Shown here one piece after another: positions 1 through 22,120 of a stretch of 64,000 nt of DNA; the first letter of the stretch is position 1; the number at the start of each line of letters is the position of its first letter. Under the pieces are notes generated by a model. The model did not search any database. It saw only the letters and a program-made list of their open reading frames with translations, and was not told where the DNA came from. Position numbers and translations under genes: made by a program. This stretch comes from Tubiluchus corallicola (taxonomy: Eukaryota; Animalia; Priapulida): NCBI GenBank assembly GCA_030141605.1, contig JAQGDQ010000161.1:62001-126000 (forward strand). Direction: 5' to 3'.

Positions 1-2875
1 CACAAGATGTAGTAATCCCTGATTACTTAACAGATAAGCAGAAGAATGAATTACGAACTACTCTGGAGAAGTTTACACCAACCTTTTCTGACATTCCTGG
101 TAGGACAAACGTCGTAGAACATAAAATACAGTTAACTACTGACAATCCTGTTGTGCAGAAGCCATACAGAATTCCTCAGGCGCAAAAGGAAAGTGTGAGG
201 CAAGAAATCATGGACATGGAAAGGCTGGGTGTAATAGTCAAGTCAGATAGTCCTTTTTCAAGTCCTGCAGTCATTGTGATCAAACGTGATCAATCGATTC
301 GATTTTGTATTGATTTTAGGAAAATTAATTCAATTACAGTTTTTGATCCTTATCCTATCCCCAGGATGGATGAAACAGTTGATCAATTGCATGGAGCAAT
401 GTTCATTACTTGCTTGGACATGACAAAATATTACTGGCAGGTTAATCTTGAGGAAAATTCGAGGCCAATCACGGCATTTGTAACAGAGTTTGGTAAACAT
501 GAGTTTCAAGTTATGCCCTTTGGGTTGTGTAATTCTGCAGCAACAGCTCAATGTCTGGTAGATCGTGTTTTAGAACCAGTAATTGGTTTTGCTTCTGGTT
601 ACATAGACGATGTTATCATTTTCAGTCGTTCTTGGCAAGATCATCTCTATCATATCGAGCTAGTTCTTACTTGTCTGTCTAATGCAGGTTTGACAATCAA
701 ACCACTCAAGTGTAATTTCGCACTCCAAGAAACTCATTTCTTAGGCTATGTTGTTGGCGGAAATCTTTTGAAACCTCAGCCAGAGAAAATCCTCGCTATT
801 CAGAACTATAAAAGAACAGAAACTAAAAAACAGGTCAGGTCATTTTTGGGTTTCGTAGGTTTCTATAGGCGTTTTATTCCTAATTTCTCTGCAATAGCAA
901 CACCATTACATACTTTGACAGAAAAAGACAAACCAAACATTGTACTATGGAATGCAGAGTGTGAACAGAGCTTTACCACACTCAAAGATGCATTAAACTC
1001 AAATACAGTGTTACATGCACCAGATTTTGATAAGACTTTTTTCTTGACAACTGATGCTAGTGCAACAGGAATAGGCGGCCAACTTACACAAATGTCTGAT
1101 GATAGACAAGAGGTTCCAATCACTTATTTGAGTATGAAGCTAACCAAATATGAATGTAACTACTCAACAGTAGAAAAAGAACTTTTGGCTATAATTTTCT
1201 CTATTGAGAAATCGTCGTACTATCTTGTAGGTAGGCAGTTTGTGATTCGCACAGATGCACAATCATTAGCTTACTTAAAGCAGATGAAAAACGCCAATAG
1301 GCGAATAGCCAGATGGAATTTACTGCTACAAGAATACACTTTCACTGTAGTGCATATCAAAGGAAAAACAAATTATTGTGCAGACGCACTGAGTAGGCAC
1401 TAAGTTCAAGTTGCCTTAGATGAAAATAAGATAGGAATGTGATTTCTTCCTAAATGACCTTGTTGTTTAAAGCATTTTATTTTATGCAATCATGTGTGAC
1501 AACATCTCTGAATGTGAATGATAGTATTCTTCAAATGTTGTATTCTTTTCATTATTTTAAATCAAATATCCAGTGTGCTTTAGTTTGTGTAAAATGTTCT
1601 TTTACAAGTGTGTTGAAGATCCATTTAAGTTTTGATATGCCATTTTTGTGTGACTGTATTATTTAGTAAAACTTTGTATTCAGTTAGTAACAGTCGTTAC
1701 TTGCTAATTTTCACCACTGTAATGGTTGGTAGTTAAAATTAACTGTTCAATAATTTTAAAAGTGGGATTCTGTTCTTTAAACATTCGTCCACACTTTTTC
1801 CGTTGTGGGGGGATCTGTGACAAACCATCTATTATTTACGATATTTTTGTTTACTTGTTTGTCACCTTTTCATTTCACAGTCAAGTTCTTTATAGTGATA
1901 GCGGTAGCACTTGCTAGTGTAATTTGCTTACATTAAATTAGTCACTATAGTAGTACTGTATTGTTAGCGTAATTAGTGTAGTAGTGTAGGAGTCCTACTA
2001 ACACCCCCCTCGTCATGTGGTTGTGTTCTGCAATACCTGCAATACTCGCGGCTTATTTCAAATGTGTGAAACCCGTACAGGTATGAAGTGTACATGATAC
2101 ATACGTTACAGATATAGTCTGAGACGTGCAACCTGGCAGTCAGTCGGCCGTTGTTGAAAGGCCTAGGTCACGTAAAATGACCATCGTCTGATTTTCACAT
2201 GTCTGTGAAAAGACAGTCAAAAATGTCGATTAGCATCGTCGATGTTATAGTGCAGTAGACGTCACTATTTCTTTTGTCAACAGCCATTGCTTACAGTGCT
2301 AACGGGTCTTTGTCGAGTACGTTGTCTTGGTTTGATGAGGTGGTTACCGTTACCGTCATTGTCTGAGGATTCGTTCAAACCTGAAGTCACGCTAAAGTTC
2401 ATGGTGGACAGTCCATTGTTGGTAGAGCAAACCATAGTTGGTAAATCCATGGATGTTACCCCACAGGTTAGCAGCTGCAGTTTCACACAATGTTCATGGA
2501 GTGTCTGGTAAGACAAGACTTTTGTACTTTTGCTCAGCGTTTGCTAGCTAGCATAATTCCGTTTCTATATGGTCATCGTTGGATTGCCGTCATCGAGAGT
2601 GCGTCATCATTTGCACGTGCTACCCCCACTAACACCTCCCTTCTCTATTATTAGACTAGAGAATATATTTGCTGTACTGTGATTAATTGTTATTGTTAAC
2701 TATTTCTTTTCTCCGGGTTAAAGTAGTAATCAATTAAATTTTGTTATATACAGCTTAATAGTTGGTTTGGTATTCTATCTACCATCGAATATTACTAGCT
2801 CATTAAGACTCCTAGGCTCGGGTTCCGCGTGCCCCCGTATGAAACAACAAAGCCTTAGCCCGACTCCAGGATTCT
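1..2875 (+). mobile_element. Gypsy-group LTR retrotransposon (Gmr1-like), 3' portion with PPT and probable 3' LTR
   Basis: pol ends at 1403. Purine tract GTGGGGGGA at about 1805-1813 is followed by TGTGACAAACC at 1816 (TG start of an LTR). The putative LTR runs into the N gap, so its CA end and the TSD are not visible. Confidence 0.75.
3..1403 (+). CDS. pol: Ty3/gypsy retrotransposon pol, 3' part (reverse transcriptase + RNase H), 5'-truncated by the window
   Basis: Frame is open from position 3 (QDVVIPDYLT...PGRTNVVEHKI). RT motifs: PYRIP, RFCIDFRKIN, MPFGLCN, YIDD. RNase H motifs: TDAS, EKELLAI, TD, ADALSR. Stop at 1401-1403. Some consensus residues are altered (KYYWQ for KGYWQ, ATAQC for ATFQR). 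Confidence 0.95.
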   Translation, partial: QDVVIPDYLTDKQKNELRTTLEKFTPTFSDIPGRTNVVEHKIQLTTDNPVVQKPYRIPQAQKESVRQEIMDMERLGVIVKSDSPFSSPAVIVIKRDQSIRFCIDFRKINSITVFDPYPIPRMDETVDQLHGAMFITCLDMTKYYWQVNLEENSRPITAFVTEFGKHEFQVMPFGLCNSAATAQCLVDRVLEPVIGFASGYIDDVIIFSRSWQDHLYHIELVLTCLSNAGLTIKPLKCNFALQETHFLGYVVGGNLLKPQPEKILAIQNYKRTETKKQVRSFLGFVGFYRRFIPNFSAIATPLHTLTEKDKPNIVLWNAECEQSFTTLKDALNSNTVLHAPDFDKTFFLTTDASATGIGGQLTQMSDDRQEVPITYLSMKLTKYECNYSTVEKELLAIIFSIEKSSYYLVGRQFVIRTDAQSLAYLKQMKNANRRIARWNLLLQEYTFTVVHIKGKTNYCADALSRH

Positions 2876-3003
2876 NNNNNNNNNNNNNNNNNNNNNNNNN
2901 NNNNNNNNNNNNNNNNNNNNNNNNNNNNNNNNNNNNNNNNNNNNNNNNNNNNNNNNNNNNNNNNNNNNNNNNNNNNNNNNNNNNNNNNNNNNNNNNNNNN
3001 NNN
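2876..3003. other. Assembly gap (128 N)
   Basis: Run of n characters. Confidence 1.
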
Positions 3004-3282
3004 GGCTATCAATAAAGTAACATCGTAAAATGATTCTGCCTAACACACGCTATTTTGAGACCTTGCAGAATATTAACCATTCTTTCTAGTATTGGATTGG
3101 GGATAATGAACAGGATAATGGGTGTTGTGTTTCTGGCTTCTCTTTTACTACATTAGCCTTAGATTTTGTTGTTGTCAATGATAGATACATTATTTTCATA
3201 ACAAGTCAACTCTCGGTTAGGCCTAGCATAATGATTGTCACAACATCATATTCACTGCATCCAGTAATCATTTACAGATATT

Positions 3283-3522
3283 TAGATATAGATATTGATA
3301 TAGATATAGGTAAAAATATAGATGTAGATATAGATATAGGTATAGGAATAAGTATAGGTATAGGCATAGGCATAGACATAGACATAGACATAGACATAGA
3401 CATAGACATAGACATAGACATAGACATAGACACAGACACAGACACAGACACAGACACAGACCCAGACACAGACACAGACACAGACACAGACACAGACACA
3501 GACACAGACATAGATATAGATA
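3283..3522. repeat. Compound hexanucleotide microsatellite (TAGATA/TAGGTA/TAGGCA/TAGACA/CAGACA)
   Basis: Directly visible 6-bp tandem units with stepwise unit changes. Confidence 0.95.
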
Positions 3523-3787
3523 GCATTACGCTTTGTTTTACGTCTGCCTTCAGTAGACACCTAGCAGAAGACTTCGTAAATATTTCATATTCTGCTAAAC
3601 CTCTTATGTTTTAAATCACATCAGATTAAATGCTTCCTAAAATAAATCAGCCTTCATTTTTTTTCTTGTTTCCTCAAACACCTCTATTTATAGAAAGATT
3701 GTGTAAGTTTGTTACAGTTGTTATGAAATATTTAGTTTGATTTAATTACTTGAAATTAGTGTAGACGGAAAACATTTAGAAGCTTCC

Positions 3788-14175
<10,388 letters not shown>

Positions 14176-14349
14176 ACGGGGCAGTTAATATTCTAACTAC
14201 TGTGCTTCAGGTCAAAGTTTTTCATTTATAACACCTTTCAATTTTTTGCACTTTAACATTCTGTTACCTCGTCCGCATTACTGTCATCAAGCAAGCAGGC
14301 CTAGTAAGCCTTTTCACAGTTTTGTTGTGCGCAAGCGCATTTGTTTTAA

Positions 14350-14649
14350 GTCAAAGGTTAAGTGTACCACAGCAACGCCTCTTAACTATAACTGTCACAT
14401 GATGTAGGTAAAGTAAAGCCGTCAGTGGCGTCAGTTCAGTAACTTCAGTTGTTTTACGTTTACTTTACTTAATTATACATTAGTTTGTGCTTAGAGTGAT
14501 TTGCTAGTAGGATCTTGCTTGGGAACAAGAAATAATGAACTAGGTAAGGTTCTAGTTAGTTGTTAAAACCGTTACCATTACAACAGCATGGGCTGCGAGG
14601 CATCGTCAAGTGTACACAATTGTGTTGTGTGGTACACTTAACCGTTGAC
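14350..14649. mobile_element. MITE with about 25-bp terminal inverted repeats just downstream of the opsin stop
   Basis: GTCAAAGGTTAAGTGTACCACAGCAAC at 14350 pairs with GTTGTGTGGTACACTTAACCGTTGAC ending at 14649; TTAA lies close to both ends. Confidence 0.7.
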
Positions 14650-17007
14650 CTTTTAACGATCATCATCAGTCGCTGGAACTGTGAAAGACCTAATTAACAT
14701 TATTCTGTATAAAATTGCTGGTGAACACCTTTTCACAAGCCTCCATTGTGAGTGGAGTTCCAAAAAGATTGGTGAAAAAGTTTTTTAACTATACCCTGTC
14801 AGCGATTTTTTTACCATAATAATACATGAAAGATAGTTTGCAGTCTGCAGAGAAAGTAATAATGTAGACTTGCAGAAGTATAAAGACCCAATGATCTGAT
14901 TAATTAAATTAATTCTTGACCAATGCTGATTGTGGTTACAGTGAAGGCAGCTTGCTACGTACTTGGCAAACTAAAATTTTGCCAAATGACCAAAAGAAAC
15001 CTAGCGTGTTATGTCAAGCTTTTTAACCTATATTTGTATGGTGTGCCATTTATGTTTTCGACTATTCGTGAATAGAAAGGAAATAATTAGCGATGATAAT
15101 TGAAATTATAATTATTATTATTATGATTTAAGAATTTCGCACATGCTTGTTTATATTTATTGATCATAAAGACCTGCACAATTATTGACTATAACATATA
15201 TTATATGAAAATCGTTCAAAAATGTGTTATGTCTTATTTAAAAAGTTTATAAATGTTGTAAATGTAAGCTAAACGTGTGATAATAACTTAGGAATTAAGT
15301 GACAATTTCATTTGGGAATGTCAAACGTCTAAAGTATTGTTGTTATGAAAGCGAATCGTATCGAAAGCTAAACATCTAAATCAAATTAATGCTGAAATAT
15401 AACTACTGTATGTGTTTTCTCTAGTGTTTTTGTTACTATTTTGTGGATATGCATCTTATAGAACTGCACACCAGAGGCGTATATATATATATATATATAT
15501 ATATTGACGATTTTAGAAGCCTTAAAAGAAGGCAGAATGATTTTTCATATACTACCTCATTTTCAAGTCCGATGAAAAGTATACATTTTTAACACAATTT
15601 AACACATTTTAACACAATTAATACTGTAAAAGCGTTTCTGATAATTAAATAATAGATTAAAAAACTTAATTAACAGCGAGCCCAACTATTGATGACATCA
15701 CAAACTAACATAATTTTCAACAGCAAAAATATTTCACGAGCGTGTTGAACGTGTTTGTGAAAGTACAGTGTTACTGTAAGATATTCAGTGTGTTGTACTA
15801 AAACTAGGCAAGTTTTAATATAAAAATTCAAATTTCAAATTTACCGCGGTGCTAGCGCATGAGCTGTCGAACGTGTGTAGTTCGTCACAAGCTAACACAT
15901 CTGAATTGAGAAATGCAACCCTTGTTTTCTGTCCAATGTGTTTCCGAAATACAGGCGTTAGTGCCCGTCTAACTAGCGAATTGCGAAATGCAGAGAAGAG
16001 AAAACGCTATAACAGAGAAGAACTAGTGGGGCGAACGTGAAATTATGTTTGTGTGGTAATAATTCTTGCACATAAGTCAAGAGAAATAGGACTTTTCCAT
16101 TCAATATTTTTAAAACATTAGATTGTTTTGACCTACAGTTTAAGAATGAGTCCGGTTTTGCTTTAAATGAAGCTAAATCGATTTGCTTACTCTATATGTT
16201 CTAAATTAGCTTAAATAATGATTTGAAACTATTCGTTTATATGAGTACTTAATAAGTAATTATAATAAATCTGTTTTTCTCCGTTTTCGTAAGATTCGGT
16301 AGTTTCTGTTTAAGTTATGTTGTTGTTGTTTGGCATAAAATGTCTTCTAATCAAAAATAAGAAAGTTTTCCAGTGGCAATGCTGGGTGTTTTCGTAGGGT
16401 AGCAGCAGTAGAACATAGGATAATAATTACTGTCTTGGTTTGCGTCAACTTCAAAATTGTTAGTGATAGATTAATTTCACGGTTATTAAACTTATATAAA
16501 TCTATATATTTGTTCACAAAGAAACTAAATGTGACGTTTTAAGATGGCGTAAAAGCCCCTGGTTCGAATCCAAGTTTCGCCTGAAATTTCACGCTTCCTT
16601 TCAAGAATTTCTACTCTTATACTCAATATAAATTCATTACACAAATCTGATACAAATCTAATCTTTTACTAATCTTATCAGAAGCCAATTAAAAGTGTAA
16701 AAGTATTTTCCTAATTCTAGGCTTGTCAATGGCATTGAGAAGTTGGCTGCAAAGATAAATATATAGAATTTAATGCGTAAGTTTAGGCGCGCGGTTATAA
16801 ACAGCCTAAAATTGATATCTGCGCTTTTAAAAACAAAAAAAATCATTTCTGTAAATTTTCCATCTCACTGATTAAGTTGTTAAACTGCTAGATTACATTA
16901 AACATTTCGGTCTAGGCTTTAGGCCTATTCCTACTATATAACCTCGACCCAAAAGTTCTTTGGAGCCTCTGTTAATTGTTCATACAATAAGGTGACTTTA
17001 AATAAAG

Positions 17008-17172
<165 letters not shown>

Positions 17173-18735
17173 ATCAAGTAATAAATAACTTCTTTTGACT
17201 GTAAAAGCTGAAAAACGCAACAAATATCCGCACCAATAGTCATTTCAATTCTTTACCTAATTTTGCACTTGGATAAATTTTGAACAGTTCCAATTTATCC
17301 ACCTACTTATCTGTGATTTGTTGACTGTATTTATGTCCAAATGACCGAGTTTATCAATGCTCATAGCCTCAATGGTACTGCTACGTGAGTTAAACAAGTG
17401 CTCATTATAAAGAGCTATAATAAGCAAAGAAGAAATTTCGGGATTATAAAGAAAAGGTCAAGCTTTCTAGCTTTCTTAGGCTTATTTAAATGTTCGCGAA
17501 AAATGTGAGAAGAATTTAGTTATAAAACTGCAATAAGCGCCTCGTGTAACTAGTAAAATCGCTTTAAACTCGCAATTACTTCATGCTTAGACGCTTCCAT
17601 TTTCAATGCTTATTCTTCTTACAATAACGTCTTTCGCTTTGAAAAAAGTAACGCACTGCCAATCTGCAAAGATATAACAAGTTTTTAATTTTTTGTTTTG
17701 ATTACAAAAAATAGATAGCTAATTTTGTAATATTACTGCGTGAACTTTAGGAAAGCTACAGAAGTTTGAATTGGTTTTAGCATTTACGGAAAGCCACGAC
17801 ACGCTCACGAAAAGTAATGAGGTCTCCCAGTCACATCATGATTTTCAAGTGAATGGTAGCAACCACTGCGCCTGAAAATTTCTATTCAGGGGTAGTATAA
17901 TTTAAGTTTATGCTTTATGGGCAGTTCTTTTCAAATTTGTTAGGAAAGAAGGCGCCATCATTTTCAGCTTATTTACTATTTATTATAGATTGTACTGGAC
18001 AAACTTGGCAAATATTTACACACAATTAGAATTATTTGCGCAGTCGAACATTGCGTACTTAATTAAGTACAAGTACGAAATATCTAAATGCAGCACAAAA
18101 ATATCAATTATTACCGACGTCAGAAAATAAGAACATGTCAAAATATGGGTGAAGAACCAGCAGGTCACTGCGATGATAACAACATTAATTGACGTTTTCT
18201 TTGTGATCTTCTGTTATGCATGGTTACAAGATACCTTTTCCCGGCTTTTCGACGTAACATTTCTCAATAACATCCGTTTGCAGATCCATCCCACCTGAAG
18301 CAGGCTAATTATTATGCACAGTAGCATGAATACCACGACGCTTCTCAAATGGCTGCTTCCAACGTGTATGTTGTTATTATTGAAGGTTATTATTCATTTT
18401 TTTCTTTACAAACAAATTTAATTATTTCGTGTGTTGGAAGATAAACACTCGTGTCTAAAAATGATTACACAAAATCGCAATTGAATCTGTCGGAGTCACA
18501 GCAGCACACAGCAGTTCTTTGCGAAATAATCCCAGCAACCTCATACGTCGTCACAGCTAGGAAAATTTTGGACGCAATGCATTAGCAAAAATGCCAAAAT
18601 CCAAAAATGAATAACGCAAAATCACAATTGAATGAACCAGAATTAAAACACTATTTATAAGGAAACCTTGAAAGCTAATAGACCGTGACTATCACAAATA
18701 CTGACGCAATACGTGAAACACAAAAATGGTGAAAA

Positions 18736-20082
18736 TTATTGGTATCTTGAAGAAGAGTAACCGCTTGATTGTTCGGGCTCGTAACCAATTGTTCCCAAAT
18801 CAAGAGTGTAACCATTAGACTTTGGTGTTCTGCTGTAACTTCTTCCAACTGGTTCGTAACTTCTTCCAGCTGGTTCGTAACTTCTTCCAGATGGTTCGTA
18901 ACTTCTTCCAGATGGTTCGTAACTTCCAGCTGGTTCGTAACTGCTTCCAGCTAGTCCATAACTGCTTCCAGTCGGTTCGTAACTTCTTCCAGCTGGTTCG
19001 TAACTTCTTCCAGCTGGTTCGTAACTTCTTCCAGCTGGTTCGTAACTTCTTCCAGCTGATTCGTAACTTCTTCCAGCTGGTTCGTAACTTCTTCCAGCTG
19101 GTTCGTAACTTCTACCAGCTGGTCCATAACTTCTTCCAGCTGGTTCGTAACTTCTTCCAGCTGGTTCGTAACTTCTTCCAGCTGGTTCATAACTTCCAGC
19201 TGGTTCGTAACTTCTTGCACTTGGTTCATAACTGCTCCTGGTTGGTTCGTAGTTTATATCTTCACGTTCATACTTATTGGGAGATTCATAACTGTTATCA
19301 GGAAGATCATAGCTTCTGCTTTTCGTTTGGGGTTCGTAGGTTTTGATTTCTGATTTATATCCGGTTTTTGCTGGTTCGTAGCTCTTTGCTACAGCTTCGT
19401 AAGGCAGAGGAACTTCGTAGCTGCCACCGTAACTGGGCGCAGGTTCTGGGGCATATCTACTTTTTGACGGAGTGCCATATCCGCCTTTCTTTACAGGTTT
19501 TCCTAAATGAACTTTAGCAGGTTCAACTGGTACTTCCTGGAATCCAATTTTCGGGTTGGGCTTGTAAAATTCGTAAGCCAGTCCGGATTTATGGTCACCG
19601 TCGGCAGTGGCTTCCTGTGTAAATTGTTTCAGGACGTCCTGCTTAGCCTGTCTCTGTCCACCAAACTTAAGTTCAATGTAGCCGTTACCATGACCCCTCC
19701 TGTCAACATCTTCACTGTCAAAACTCTTGGCATATCCTTTTTTATACTGAATGCCAACAACCTTCGGCTTGCGAGGTGAATGCCTGTAGCCCAAAGGTGG
19801 TGTTAAGACCTTCCGTCGGAGGGCGCTGAAATCGAAATTGAAATCCTTATCGCCACCGTAACTCGAAGTGCCGGCTTCAAAAGAGCGCAGGGGCTTGAAT
19901 TTTTCCAAATGAACGGGCGGGCCTCTCTGGGGTGACGAATAAGACGGCCCATGGGCGTAACTTCGAGATCTTCCATAGCTCGGCTCTGGTTCGTAAGTTC
20001 TGGGTGGCACATACACGCTTCCATACCCGTCTGAACAAAAAGCTCCAACGATGCAGGCAGCCAAGATCACTAAAAATTGCAT
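18736..20082 (-). CDS. Secreted Tyr/Ser/Pro/Gly-rich repeat protein (448 aa, (R)SYEPAG repeats); single coding exon; no recognised family
   Basis: Uninterrupted 448-codon ORF in AT-rich DNA. Signal peptide MQFLVILAACIVGAFCS, start context aaaacATG, splice acceptor 5 nt upstream, about 49 Tyr (about 11%), no Cys after the signal peptide. Confidence 0.9.
   Translation of the reverse strand: MQFLVILAACIVGAFCSDGYGSVYVPPRTYEPEPSYGRSRSYAHGPSYSSPQRGPPVHLEKFKPLRSFEAGTSSYGGDKDFNFDFSALRRKVLTPPLGYRHSPRKPKVVGIQYKKGYAKSFDSEDVDRRGHGNGYIELKFGGQRQAKQDVLKQFTQEATADGDHKSGLAYEFYKPNPKIGFQEVPVEPAKVHLGKPVKKGGYGTPSKSRYAPEPAPSYGGSYEVPLPYEAVAKSYEPAKTGYKSEIKTYEPQTKSRSYDLPDNSYESPNKYEREDINYEPTRSSYEPSARSYEPAGSYEPAGRSYEPAGRSYEPAGRSYGPAGRSYEPAGRSYEPAGRSYESAGRSYEPAGRSYEPAGRSYEPAGRSYEPTGSSYGLAGSSYEPAGSYEPSGRSYEPSGRSYEPAGRSYEPVGRSYSRTPKSNGYTLDLGTIGYEPEQSSGYSSSRYQ
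18835..19251 (-). repeat. Coding 21-bp tandem repeat (RSYEPAG), about 20 units, with some 18-bp units
   Basis: Plus-strand unit AACTTCTTCCAGCTGGTTCGT; length variants preserve the frame. Confidence 0.95.
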
Positions 20083-20491
20083 GTTTTCTGGAACAATAGA
20101 AAACTTTGATTTACACGTCCAAACAAAACAATGTAATAAAATTAAATATTACATTTAACAATAGTAAATGCACTACAGAACAACCCGCAAAACAGAATTG
20201 CAATTTCAAAACAAAAATTATTGTAGGCCTATAGATTCAAACTGCTGTTCTGCCGAAACCAATCTTTGATATATCCGATTAACAACCATTAGATCTTCAC
20301 TCAAAAAGTCTATAACAAGCCTAATTGTAATACGAAACTTCAACCTAGCGACAATGAAGGCTTGCACGACACTTCACACGAATTCTTAACACATTTATTA
20401 ACACTAATTTTTCATGATTTCTAAAAAATAATGAACTGTTTGACGACTTTCACTTTTTCCACGTGTATGTACGTTCATTATAAAATCTCAC

Positions 20492-20583
20492 CTGTGAAGT
20501 ATACGATTCACATAAAATCGCTCAGGTAAGCGAACAAACAAATTCGACAAACGGGCGTCCGATGCCATGATATTGCTTTTATA
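20492..20583 (-). promoter_or_regulatory. TATA box and non-coding first exon of the repeat-protein gene
   Basis: Minus-strand TATAAAA at 20583-20577, donor CAG|GTGAGA at 20492/20491, acceptor TTCCAG| at 20088. Intron 20088-20491. Confidence 0.7.
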
Positions 20584-21338
20584 TGGCGAGGGAGAAAGCC
20601 TGACCCACATTCTGGGCCTAACCCACTTCGAACAATAGCTACCATTATGCTTTCCCTTAGTCAAAGTTGTGTTGCAGTGGCAGTAAATTACGATAATTGG
20701 GTCTGTAGAATGAGGAATCAAACGATTTAAAATAACACGAGTACCAAATGCCTCTTCATGGGTGTTTATTTTCTCTTGCACTATCACGCGACCGAACGAC
20801 AATAATTACGCCAGTGAGAGTTATTTAGCGAATAATTACTCTTCAAATAACCTTCAAAGAATCAAGTATATCACCACATGACTAAGTTAGAAATTCTCCT
20901 AAAACGGGTCCCTTTACACCTGTTTTGTTTGCTAAGCGCATCGCTAGAAGTTAAAAGTGCACCTTACATGGTGATTTTTCCTTCTTTGTGAATGGATAGT
21001 CATTGAGTGGCACCAAAATTATGCTTTGCACAATGTAACTTGACATGTATGTTTGAACTGTATAACCAGATTCTAGTTTACCTTTAATTATCAAACCAAA
21101 ATGAAAAAATAAAAAATAGTGTTTGACCCTGAACTACCCATTCAAGGTCACTGATTAACCTGCAAAATTTCCTAATATGAGACTACGAGCTGATCAGGTT
21201 TCGCTTTCCAACTCTTTATAATATTAGTTTCTCAGCTATTAACCGAAACAAAAGCCGTAACAATAACAACAACAACAACAATAAATGATAAGTGATGATT
21301 GATGATTGATGATTGATGATGATGACGACGACGACTAA

Positions 21339-22120
21339 CTAGCAAAGGCCCCGCAAAAGATTTTGCGTATAAATACACGTGTAATCAATAATACGAGAAC
21401 GTCCTACCTAGTCTTCATTTATAACACAAAGCCCGTAACATCCTTCCTACTTACCTAACGCAAAGCAGCTTTTACTGAATTAAAGCTATAAGATATAGAC
21501 AGTGTACAATGGATGACGTCAGAACAATGCCTTTGCGTCAGCAGTTTTCTAAGCGAAAATTGTCGAAAATAGACCATCCAATTAACTCGTCGGTACTCCT
21601 CTCGGTGGACGTGTCCTAAAATGTAGCCTCCATCATCATGTAGCCCCGTTCTTCCTCTTTCTGATGAGCTATATATCTCCTTCCGAGAGTCCTACCGGGC
21701 GCCGCTAGAACGTTTTTTCCGCAGGCTGTTTGATCAAAATTTCGAAAAAATCGCGAGTTGGGTCCGGGAAAACGCCCGTTGCGGGACCCCGTGGCCCTCT
21801 CGCGAATTCTAAATAGGCCTATGACACCCATCGCTGAGCGGGCTATCTACCCATACCCAGCACCACCCTCGGCCCATTCCCGTTCTCTACATCTCAGCCG
21901 TATAACTTTTGCAAAAAACGGCCGAAAATGGCCATTTTTGGAGGTTTTTCGCGCCCCCCCCTTCCTCGCGGTGGGCCCAATTCGAAAAATAAACCATCAA
22001 TGGCACGACACTAGATCGAGACCTTTCGTTTGATGTATAGATCGCCGCAAATGGTGCCCTCGTCCGGGCTGTAGCCTCGAATCTTATATATTAAGATACC
22101 AAGAATATTAATATAAGAGA
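21339..22120 (-). mobile_element. Non-autonomous Helitron, copy 1
   Basis: On minus it starts TC (TCTCTTATATT) and ends CTAG followed by T. A 16-bp hairpin CGCAAAA-GA-TTTTGCG (21352-21367) lies just inside the 3' end. Confidence 0.85.

Noticed and set aside
2277-2516. Short ORFs after the gypsy pol, as env or integrase
   Set aside because: Inside the putative LTR, short, with no integrase or env motifs.
3231-3614. ORFs with DI/DT, SM/SV and VY/VC dipeptide runs
   Set aside because: Translations of a hexamer microsatellite.
16540-16590. Genuine tRNA gene (GGTTCGAATCC)
   Set aside because: B-box present but no convincing acceptor or D stems; more likely a repeat-derived fragment, as are the similar motifs at about 41770 and 63440.
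18769-19346. Overlapping ORFs with FFQLVRN and LEEVTNQ repeats
   Set aside because: Shadow frames of the 21-bp coding repeat; only the 448-aa frame has a signal peptide and gene structure.
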